Shown: positions 1 through 16,664 of the stretch, in pieces
How the letters are laid out: each line of letters opens with the position of its first letter
Numbering within the stretch: the first letter of the stretch is position 1
Assembly (NCBI GenBank): GCA_002269645.1
Contig: NIVC01000437.1
Span: 47,583-111,582 of the forward strand
DNA length: 64,000 bases
Origin: Macrostomum lignano
Taxonomy: Eukaryota
Direction of reading: 5' to 3'
The notes under the pieces: generated by a model
What the model was told of the DNA's origin: nothing
Databases searched by the model: none
What the model saw: the letters and a program-made list of their open reading frames with translations, nothing else
Program-made: the position numbers and the translations under genes

Positions 1-923
1 AAGGCGCCGTAAAAACATTGAACCAATTAAATTGCGCAACTTATTTCTCAGGCAGTCAGTATCAGCCTCAGTTAAAGTTAACAAAAAGATTGCGCAATCT
101 AAATCAACCCTCAAATACACAGCAACCGACCCCCCTTCCAATACGCAGTGCAGCTAGAAATTGAACTCCCCCCACCAACTATTGGGGGTCGGTCGAACCC
201 CCATTAAACTCCAAAATGAGCACAATCTTTGCAGAAAGCTAAAAGTATGAAAATCTTTTCTTGAATGCTGTGAATTTAATTTTCATATTTAAAGCAAAAA
301 ACTTATATCCCCGAACTCATTGCAGCAAGATCTTTCCAGCAATATAAGTCTCTCCTCTCTAAGTTCAAAACTCGAGCAACAGTTAGTGTTTGAAACTTTC
401 TGATTTTAAGCATTGAAATATCGAGTGTACGTTCACTGCCTGCTAAAGATGCTCGCAAGTTTATGCATTAAAATGCACTGAATTTCACTGTGCAAAAAAT
501 ACACAGGGCTTCCTGTTAAAAAACAGAACACAAATAGTTGCGCAATTGTCTATAAAGTCAGTCAGTGAGCCAGGGTTCAAGTGTACACACGCAGCCACTG
601 AGAACGCGACCATCCCCCCACTTGAGAGAAAATACACTGCCAAGATAGAAAAATTTTATGGCGCAATCACTAAAATTGATGCAAATTTTCAGCTCCAAGC
701 AGAAAGAGGGGACAATTAAGATTATCAAAGGTCAAGACCGCCATTTTCTGCTTTTTTAGGGATCTTAAAAACTGAAAATGAAAGATTAAAATAGCCTAAA
801 GCCATCCTCGGAAAATTTGCAGTTTTCCCATATAAGTTTCAACGCTGACTTGCAAGTATTCTAGGAGGAGTTATCCAACAAACACACACACACACAGACA
901 AACAACGCACCAACTTTAGTATT

Positions 924-925
<2 letters not shown>

Positions 926-954
<29 letters not shown>
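926..954 (+). repeat. (GATA)n microsatellite abutting the ENaC exon
   Basis: About 7 GATA units; a (CA)n run lies just upstream (~881-897). Confidence 0.95.
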
Positions 955-955
<1 letters not shown>

Positions 956-1628
956 GGACTGCTGGTACCGAGAAGTCGCCCGACTGTCAATTGAGCAGTT
1001 TAACTGCACCATATGGCGGCTCCCGCTGCCCTGGGAGTATCGCGCAGCGCCATCGTGCTTTAATCTGACCCAAGTTCCTTCTCCTCCGCAGATCAACCCG
1101 ACTCTACTCAGACAGCGAGAGGCAGTTTTGTACAATGCGACCGATCTGTGCAGTGGCAAACCGCCCTGCAAGCTGCGGACGTACAGTTACGCTTACTCTT
1201 CTAGCGACTGGCCATCCGATGCGTACTGGAACACCTTTCTTAGAAGCTATATCAGTAGTTTTCTGATCAATAGAAATGGACCAACGCCCGGATTTTCGTA
1301 TTTAGTACACAATGCTACTATTGAACAAGTTCGGCAGTCACTGCTTCTCCTGGAACTGTCTGGAGCCGAGTTTAGAAGTCCCGAAGTTCGCCTGTCACTT
1401 GCGTACAGTTTCAATTCGTTGACTGCCGATGTTGGAGGTTTGTTGGGCCTCTTTCTGGGCATGTCGCTTTTGTCGGTGCTGGAACTGCTGGAGCTGCTGC
1501 ACGACTGTTGCCTGATCCTTGGTAGGCGGCTGCGCCTGCGGCTGCTCAGAAAAGCAGTTGGCGACTCGCCTGAGAAAGAGAGCGGCACCGAACCTGGCGA
1601 GTTTGGCGAGACGAGTTCGGCCTTCTAG
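955..1628 (+). CDS. DEG/ENaC (ASIC/degenerin-like) sodium channel, 3' exon only; upstream exons not identified
   Basis: Frame open from ~954 (EDCWYRE...FNCT...C...CSGKPPCKLRTYSYAYSSSDWPS) to stop 1628. Contains the TM2 signature YSFNSLTADVGGLLGLFLGMSLLSVLELLE with a G-x-S filter (GMS). In-frame TAG at 948-950, so entry must be by splicing. Confidence 0.9.
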
Positions 1629-3066
1629 CTTTGAGAAGGGCATCATTTGTTAAAGGACTTGAAACGTTGTAGACACAACACACATGGTTACCGTACATAC
1701 AGAGGTCAATGCATGTACTTAGCCGCCTGGGCTGGGAATACTCATTGTTTGCTCTAAGATCGTGATTAAACTACCACTGTGTTACAACTGTAGCAGTATT
1801 GGTCAGAAAACAGAATAACTGCTTGTAGTATTGTAGACGTCTTATATATCTTTTTTTATATATTCTAATATCACTAAAAATCCACCTTTCTGCGTTTTAT
1901 TTGGTAAAAACTGCTTTCAGTTTGGTGCGACACACGCAGCGGAAACGAGCCAGGCCGAAAGATATGGTTTGCCATAGGCATGTACAGAAAACCAGCAACC
2001 AATTTGGTTGGAACTGGTTCTAATTGGGATAACTAAAGATTCTCTCACGGTCCACCCAGCTGATTTTGGAATAAGGGCCTCTATGTGCCATGCCTCAACT
2101 TCTTATCTATTGTACTAAGCTGCTATTCTTGGGCAGACCAAATTGGACGCAGCAGTTTTCAAATTGCATGTCCAAATTCCAAATGCTTTCTGCATTCTTC
2201 TTAAGTCTATGGCCGGACCCTAAGTGGCTGACATGTCCGCCTGCTACGAAGAGAATTCGAACCAAATTAAACGCAGATTTCACCAAATAGAGCGCAAAAA
2301 TATAATTAGTCATCACCTATTTCAAACGATAGTCGATTGAAGTACATCTCACACAATTTTTGCCATTACGAGCGTACTATCGTAAATTCTATTAAAATTA
2401 GAAAGAAAAGAAAGAATTAGCAAGTTTAGTCGATATTAATAAATATATCTAGTCTTGAAGTTTGGCCATGAGCGATGAGAGGACACATGTAGTATATAAG
2501 AAGCGATTTCGGTCCAAACAAGTGGGTTTACCGAGTTGGCAAAGAAATTTTATCAAACCAGTGTTTACAAGCCTTATATTCTGACACTGTCGAACGCCAC
2601 CTATTTGCCACGTCACCCATATACAGGAGCATTATATTTCTTGTACAATAATCTTATAAATGTGCAGAGAACTAATACAACTCACTGTGTTCCACCTATT
2701 ATTGCACACTGACCAGAAAAGATTTAAAGAAGCGCACAAAAATCTTTTTGAGCCCCCATATGCCACGAGTAAAATTCAACAGACGTGTGTTCTTGTGCTC
2801 TGAATGGGTGAATAATGGCATTTTCTAAGAAAAAAACGTAAGCAGCTTTAAGCGGATTTGGACTGCAGCGCAAGCTTGTAGGAAAATCCTCCAATTGGGC
2901 TACCGCTGCTGCAGCGGACCTGAGTTTGGCATTCCCTGCCCAAGCTGTTGCCATTATGCCGCATATTTATATTTTGCTTTGCCTGTAAAGTTTTTACTAT
3001 GACCGCCGGACCCATACTGCTGCATAGACCCAGAAAAGCAAGCTTTCAGACACGAATCTGCATGCA

Positions 3067-9548
<6,482 letters not shown>

Positions 9549-9989
9549 TTTTTCAATGCGTTGAAGCCGATTTTTTTAAATTTACCGCATAATTAATTAC
9601 GTCTAATTACTCCCGTAGTTTCGTTTTAAGTGATCGAAGCAAAATAGTTGACGGTTTCGGTCACTTGGTTCAACTATATGTTAGCACAAGCCATGCGCAG
9701 ATCATTATATTGCTAAGCTTCGTATTTAAAATATTGCTTCATTAACGCTTCACTGCAAATGCTGATATTTAAATTTTGATCGAAAATAAGTTAACTCAAT
9801 AATTTCTTCCAAAAAAAACTTGACAAAATCATTATTCATTTTATCTTTAAATGCATTAGATTATTTGCCATGGCATACAAAACTTTCCTTCTCCTTTTCC
9901 TTTTCGATTCAAAAAGATTCAAAAAGTTTACCAATCTTTTGGGTTACTTTACATATACTAAACACTAATTATTACATCTTTGATTCTGT

Positions 9990-10243
9990 AACAGACAGAG
10001 AGACCGACGGACAAACAAACAGACACCAACACAGGCAGACAGACACTAAGACAGGCAGACACTAAGACAGCAGATAGACAGACGGATAGACAGACAGACA
10101 GACACTAAGACCGACACTAAGACAGACAGGCAGACAGACAGACAGACACTAAGACCGACACTAAGACAGACAGGCAGACAGACAGACAGATAGACAGACA
10201 GACAGACAGGCAGACAGACAGTCAGACACTAAGACCGACACTA

Positions 10244-10284
<41 letters not shown>

Positions 10285-10285
10285 G
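9990..10285 (+). repeat. Compound GACA / GACACTAA repeat
   Basis: Visible; lies between the convergent P4H-like and METTL24-like 3' ends. Confidence 0.9.
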
Positions 10286-10669
10286 TGTCAGCAAGCTTCT
10301 AGTTATTGACAATCAGCTGATACAATCATATAGCTGAATCTAAAAACAAAAAGAAATCAAAACTGGTTTGTTGCACATACTGCATGTGTAGTGTGAAGTC
10401 GCGTGCAAAGTTTGTATTTTAATTCTGCCTTAAACGTCCGCCATACACTACGCAAAATGAGGTTCAGCAAATAAAAAATGGACGCTAAAACTATACACTC
10501 AAACACAAGGAGTTCTTGAAAAAGTGGGTTACCCTAGACCAACTGAAATACAAACTACATAACTGTAGTTTTAGGACGCTAAAATGCGCTTTTGAACAAA
10601 AAGCTGCTTGAATGAACATTGTTTTAATTTTAAACTTTACTTCAAAGAAAACTACCAGAGGCAGCGCAC

Positions 10670-12526
10670 TTACTGGATATTTTTAATAAAATTAGTATTC
10701 AGCATATACAGCTCATAACAGCAGGGTCTTTTCAAGCCGCTGTATGATTTATATAATCTTGACCAGGGGTTCATGTCCCATTTCCAAGTTCGAAAGCCGA
10801 TGTTGAAAATGTCCAAAAGAATCCTTACGAACCGACGGTAGTTAGATGCTCTGTAAAAGTAGCCGTCCGTGTGCGTCTCAAACAGAAGCTGCTTCACCCT
10901 AGCCAGGCAGCCCTCTTGTAAAGCCTGCGCTAGCGAGTCCCATTCTGCATATTCGATGTCAATCTTGAGAATGTCGATAGTCGAATTGCCCGGCACAAGT
11001 TCCTGAAACAGTTGGCACAGAGAGCGCATCTTCCATCCTTCGGATGAGGTTTCATTGTTTGACGACAGACCGATGCTGTAGAACCAGGAACTGTTCTTAC
11101 GCCTGTGATCCTTCACGCCTAGCATGCTGGGGTCAAACATGAACACTCGGCAGCCGAATCTGTCCGCTAACTCGTCATCGTATTCCCAAACGTCATTGAT
11201 CCCGAACGAGAAGGCGATGCAGCCTTTTGACCGACGAATGTCAAAGGGCTTGCTGAAGCAGACATCCCAACCGCCATCCTTTATGGACCCGATTCGCTTG
11301 CTATTAGGGCAGAAGATATGCTGCTGCTCTACTAGCTGATAGTACAGATATTCCAATTGGGTCTGAGACATGGCAGCGAGGTTAGCTCGGAGTGCTACAC
11401 GAATTTGATCACAGTGCTGTCCTTTGAAAATTGGATTATTCTTCAGAGGAAAGTCAATAAAGCTTCCAATGTCGTTCGTCAGTTTGATATTGGCAGAGTG
11501 GCTGCTTAGGAAATTGACGTTAATGTAGCTTAGGTGCACTATACTGGCACCTATTGAGGTGTTTGCTTTAAGTGCACTTACATTCCATTGTCGAAATCCA
11601 ACACTTTTCAGTTCCATCAGAGCACGAATATTTCTTTGAAGCTCGTCAGACGTCGGAGACTTTGTTACGTCGAATTCAATATTCAAGAGTAGCTGCTTTG
11701 TTAGTCCCAGCGAACCGTCAGTCGCGGCAGTTTTCAGCAGTGAAAAATGTCCTGACTGGATGTCGATTTTCAACACGTCGATCACTGATTTATCGGCTTT
11801 GAAGCGCTTTAGGTAGCCGAGATAAGTGTTGGTACCGACAATGTCGTTAGTAGTGAAGTTACCTAGACCCTCTCTGAGCAGTAGAATGCGTTCACTGTGC
11901 AGTCGACTAGATCGCGTCATTTTCGGGTAAAATGACAATACATAGCAGCCATGAACTGTGGAGAAGTGTTCTTCGAATACTGGAGACGTCACATTGTCGC
12001 TGAATGAGAAGACGTAGCAAGGCTGAGTTGGACTGTATTGACCCGCCGTGCACACGTTGTAGCCAGTCGTATTTTTACCGTTTTTAACCATTGCAGTCTG
12101 GTTATTGTCGTGACAGAGCTCCGTTGACTGCTTCAGCATCTGCTTGAACATATTTTCCAACTCTGGTTTTGTTTTGCTTTGCAGTTGGTGTCGAGTTAAG
12201 AGCTTGGAACGCTTGATGGTTGCCTTGGCCATGTCAACATTCCAGAGCCATTGCGCAAGTGTTCCCAAGGATAAAAAGCTGCTCCCTGGTTTACCTGTTA
12301 AAGTTTCGGAAGTTTGTGTATATTGGCTCAATTGAGCAACGAACTTACTGGATCCACTGCGTAGAATTACAGTTTTTATACTTATTACAGTCAGCATTGC
12401 AATTATAAATCCGATGGTTATTCTTTTTAAGCATGTCGTACTTTGAAAACAGCCGTGCCTCCTCCATTCGACCAGAAGCAGATGCATCGTGCGCGATTTT
12501 GTCTGACTGAGAGAATCCTCTTGCAT
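10670..12526 (-). CDS. METTL24-like (Methyltransf_22/FkbM-related) type II membrane protein with two tandem methyltransferase domains, 618 aa, intronless
   Basis: Single ORF with an N-terminal hydrophobic anchor (ITIGFIIAMLTVISI). C-terminal domain: GSIKDGGWDVC...SFGINDVWEYD...FMFDPS...IDILKIDIEYAEW...VKQLLFETH. The N-terminal domain is a degenerate copy: GYNVC...PCYVFSFS...IDVLKIDIQ...TKQLLLNIEF. Confidence 0.85.
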   Translation of the reverse strand: MQEDSLSQTKSRTMHLLLVEWRRHGCFQSTTCLKRITIGFIIAMLTVISIKTVILRSGSSKFVAQLSQYTQTSETLTGKPGSSFLSLGTLAQWLWNVDMAKATIKRSKLLTRHQLQSKTKPELENMFKQMLKQSTELCHDNNQTAMVKNGKNTTGYNVCTAGQYSPTQPCYVFSFSDNVTSPVFEEHFSTVHGCYVLSFYPKMTRSSRLHSERILLLREGLGNFTTNDIVGTNTYLGYLKRFKADKSVIDVLKIDIQSGHFSLLKTAATDGSLGLTKQLLLNIEFDVTKSPTSDELQRNIRALMELKSVGFRQWNVSALKANTSIGASIVHLSYINVNFLSSHSANIKLTNDIGSFIDFPLKNNPIFKGQHCDQIRVALRANLAAMSQTQLEYLYYQLVEQQHIFCPNSKRIGSIKDGGWDVCFSKPFDIRRSKGCIAFSFGINDVWEYDDELADRFGCRVFMFDPSMLGVKDHRRKNSSWFYSIGLSSNNETSSEGWKMRSLCQLFQELVPGNSTIDILKIDIEYAEWDSLAQALQEGCLARVKQLLFETHTDGYFYRASNYRRFVRILLDIFNIGFRTWKWDMNPWSRLYKSYSGLKRPCCYELYMLNTNFIKNIQ

Positions 12527-12642
12527 AAAATCCGATTGCTTATTTAATTTACGTTTAATGGGCGCCTTCGCAGCAAGGAATCAATAGTCTATGGTACAAC
12601 TACTTTTGTACCGGGACCAATATATCATTTAATGGTCATTTA

Positions 12643-12870
12643 ACAGTAAACATTTGTAAGTTTTCCCACAAAAATTTGGTTGCGAAAAATTGCTCCAGAG
12701 GCGAGTTATTGAGCACAGAAGTGTACGCTAGCAAAAGATTGTCTATGGCAGCTGTGTATGGCAAAGCTTGGCAGAAAAGCTAACGTTCACTTCTGTGCTC
12801 AATAACTCGCCTCTGGAGCAATTTTTCGCCACCAAATGTTTGTGGGAAAAAACTTACAAATGTTTACTGT
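12643..12870. mobile_element. MITE-like inverted-repeat element, 228 bp, ~80-bp TIRs
   Basis: ACAGTAAACATTTGTAAG...GAGCACAGAAGTG is the near-perfect reverse complement of CACTTCTGTGCTC...CTTACAAATGTTTACTGT. No clear TSD. Confidence 0.8.
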
Positions 12871-13377
12871 GGACCTGTTAAATTACTGTGCTATAGGCCT
12901 AACTGCTCACTCACAGTGAGCGCACAAAGTGTTACCTTTTTTTGGGACACCCGTTATGTGTAGTCTCTGGCCCGAAAAAAAGACTCAGTGTAAAAGTAGA
13001 AGCTGCACTTTGTACTTCAACTGCAGACATAGCAATGGATAAATAATCAGCGGTCCCAGTGCGTGACAACGATTGAGACTTGAGTTTATTTGAGTCTGTT
13101 GAGACTCTTGAGTCTGTTTAGACTCTACTGGTTGCAGTCTCCAGAAGGACTGCCCCTGATAGGTCTTAGAGGACTATCAGAGGTTTCCATAGCCATACCT
13201 AGAGTGCATAGAGGCACTGCTAGAAGAAGGAGGCTTAATTCAGACCGCAGTTTGGCGCAGGGATCCCATTGTTAATTCTGAAGCTTCCTATTGGTCCGAG
13301 CGACAGAATCCGGCCGGAACTAATTGAAGAAGGAAAGAATACTCGGACCCGACCTACGAACGACAGTCAGAAGTGAC

Positions 13378-15063
13378 TGTAGCGTATTCACTAATATTAT
13401 AAAAGTATTGCAGCTAGCGTATTATAACTACTGTATTCTAGAAACTTCCGCGTAAACACGCACTTTCCATATTTGGCATTTTGAATTCCCGCGCACCCCC
13501 ATTCTAGAAACTGCTTCTCGAACTTTCCGGATTCCGGAATGTTCCATCAACACGAATATAAATATACAGCACCCTAGCACGCAATTACTCAAGCCCGTTT
13601 TCTCTATTCTTTTCCACACGGAAAACAATCAAAGAAAAATTAAAGCAAACGAACCACCGCGTTTCACGCCTCAATTATTTTCGCAATTCTACAACTGGTC
13701 CGGTGAGGCGTCCAAAATTCATCTGAGTCCCCAGCAGGGGGCTAGGCCGTCGAAGTGCGTGTAAATATCCGTGTAAATACTGCCTGAATGTAGCATAACG
13801 CCATCATCGACATTGCCATCAACGCCATGCCTCATCGTCGTCTGCACGCGCCCGTCGTCCACGCCACCACTGGATATAGCTACCGGATGCATCATACATG
13901 TACGACACGATATTAACCTGATCGACGTAATTCTACAAACGTGGTATCGAAGTTGACACGGAACTCATCGACGACAGACAGACAAATGCCTACACGGGTA
14001 TTACCAGGCCGTTCGATAGAGTCTTCCGTGAACCCCACCAAATTCTACGCCAAAATAAGCCGAAATATCACCAGTCAACCAAGCTGCTATATTGAACAAG
14101 GAACGCGCGGCTGAAACCTTCGGCGATCGTCTTTATATGACACCTTCCACGAGGTGATCGACATCCCGAGGGGCAACCCAGCCTGTCAATCGGTTCGTCT
14201 TGTGCGCTCCATCAGCCATGCCCAGCAATATTCAGCGACTGCCCGCCGTCGTCCTCATATTATTCTCGGGAGTCTGCCTGCAATTCGAAAGGTCGTCCTG
14301 CCTGACGATCCGTCGTCCTGGAGTGTGGCTGAGCGTGCCACAAGCATCCCAAGTTCTCCTACCAGAAGCGCGTTGCGTGTACACCTGCTACGAGATGCCT
14401 ACCGAAGCAGAGCGACAGCCCGCCTCGACTCACGGTGCACCGATCTTGTTCCGGGTGTCGTCTGTCTGCATCCTGGCACATTCCGTCTATGTACATTGCT
14501 ATTCGGCCAATCGGGGGCATCGCAGTAAGGTCTGATTTGCGAAATAACTAATTAATCAAGCAGCTTGACTTCACAAGTAATAACGTTTCACTTATTATTG
14601 AATATGTACATCATCGCCCCTATGCTGTAACAGTTTGAAATCTGCATGTACAAACGTACATGTCCATCCCCCCCCAATTCATCGTCTAATGTATATAATT
14701 TTTTCCTGTACTTCTCCAGGTGACTCCGTCTCCGGCGGGGGAACTGTTGTAGCGTATTCACTAATATTATAAAAGTATTGCAGCTAGCGTATTATAACTA
14801 CTGTATTCTAGAAACTTCCGCGTAAACACGCACTTTCCATATTTGGCATTTTGAATTCCCGCGCACCCCCATTCTAGAAACTGCTTCTCGAACTTTCCGG
14901 ATTCCGGAATGTTCCATCAACACGAATATAAATATACAGCACCCTAGCACGCAATTACTCAAGCCCGTTTTCTCTATTCTTTTCCACACGGAAAACAATC
15001 AAAGAAAAATTAAAGCAAACGAACCACCGCGTTTCACGCCTCAATTATTTTCGCAATTCTACA
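13378..15063 (+). mobile_element. Non-autonomous LTR retroelement (TRIM-like), 1686 bp; LTRs 13378-13693 and 14748-15063
   Basis: Two 316-bp direct repeats offset by 1370 with TG...CA ends and a 4-bp TSD TGAC (13374-13377 / 15064-15067). PBS-like TGGTCCGGTGAGGCG at 13696; purine tract GGCGGGGGAA just before the 3' LTR. No gag/pol motif seen internally. Confidence 0.92.
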
Positions 15064-15299
15064 TGACTACAGACGAGATCTACCCGAGATCGACATTGAA
15101 GAGATATCTCATAAGGACTCAAGGTAATTGAATACCTTCTGTTGACTTACTGGGTTGCCTAGCTACTGAGCTAGAAGTGATTGTTCCTTGATTATCGAAA
15201 GTCGGGTAATAAGGAACACATCATTACAACAAAAATAGTGAAAAGAAGATAGAATAGAAACAATATAATATTAATATTTGATTACACCTGTCCCAATAA

Positions 15300-15586
15300 G
15301 CAGATGTGCAACCGACAGCTCAGCTGCAACTATTGCGCGGCGCGACTGAAGGCTGAGTATGGCGGCTGATCAGTCCAAGGACTAATGAGGGGGGGGGGGG
15401 TAAACACACATTCTCAATTATCTCAGCTAATGCTGGCGCACAGATTACAGCGGGGTGAACTGAAGTAATGCAGAGTTAAGTGTCTTTCTCTTTCTCCAGG
15501 ACAAATTGTTCTGAGTGGAGTCGAAAATCGAACCCCTGACCTGCAAGTCGTGAGTCCGACGCTCTAACCACTGGGCCACAACCTCC
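15300..15586 (-). mobile_element. tRNA-derived SINE family 2
   Basis: Minus strand: A box TGGCCCAGTGG, B box GGTTCGATT, then a body (AAGACACTTAACTCTGCATT...TTCACCCC) shared with 27590-27765. Confidence 0.75.
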
Positions 15587-16664
15587 AAGCCACCGAAACA
15601 TCATCTTGAAACAATTTTCTTTCAAGTTTTCAACTCGACAATGTTTTCAGTTTCATCATAAAATCATTTTTTCTCCCTGTGTGTGAGATTCTTTTGAGTT
15701 GCACTCGCGATGCTTCTAGTTGCCACCAAATTGCTTTGTTGAAGCGAGTCCCCACCAGCCTTTTAGCTCCCGATTTGTCGACGCAACACTCATCCTGAGG
15801 ACTATGGGCATTTTTGCTTTAGAATAACACAACTCAGAAATAGCTCACGACCGATTCACAGGAATACTCGATATTCATGTAAGGGGTCTTTGACTCAAAA
15901 ACACAAAAATTAATATTTACTTGAGATAGATGAAGCTGAGAGATCTGTGAAGCTAACAAGAGTCTCTTTGTGCCACAAGCAGACTGAAAGCCCGGCTGTA
16001 GTGGCGTGCGGTGTGGAATTTTGATTAATTTGGGCGGCCAACTTTAGAGCGCCCGTGACGTGGTTTGTATTGCATCACTGTTGCTGTCTCTCTGACACCT
16101 TATCACTAAGTGGATGTGTACTTTTGAACATTTACTTTCTTATGCTGCATAATTAAATCATTCGCGCATTTAAATAATAAAAGGCTTACAGTTATGAGAA
16201 CTATTCTTTAATTTTCTTTAATCAGACAAACTATATGACATGTACAACAACAGCGTGCAAAATGTCCTGACAGGTGTATTGAAATGACCGAAACCAATTT
16301 GATCAATATTATCGTGCATCTCGGTAAGTAAAATTTTCAAACCCAGCGTGTACGTAAAGCAAAGTTTATTGAACATGGAATACGCAGTAAAACTTCAATT
16401 GTTTATGCGTGTGCATGAACAGGTGAAAAAGGGCTAATTAAGTGATGTAACCCCGCCAATCAAGATCACAATTTGCGTACATCAAACCTTAACGTGCACT
16501 CAAAAGCCTGAATAGACAGTCGTTCCCCTACTTAATTAGTTTTAGGCCAGTTTGGAACAACTTGGAAAATCGAAACCTCCCCATTTTGTGGCCTATTTAA
16601 CTAAGATAAAAATATAACTATCCAATCAGTTTGCCAGCAGTGGATTCTCAATACTTACTGGCAA

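Noticed and set aside
1900-2954. Possible minus-strand multi-exon gene head-to-head with the P4H-like gene (ORFs 2724-2954, 2107-2316)
   Set aside because: No recognisable motif and no phase-consistent splice model found; RNA-seq would be needed.
13428-13628. Duplicated 66-aa gene (also 14798-14998)
   Set aside because: Spurious antisense ORF inside the two LTRs.
14154-14535. gag/pol or captured gene inside the LTR element
   Set aside because: The ORFs are short, overlap in different frames and lack zinc-knuckle, protease, RT or integrase motifs.
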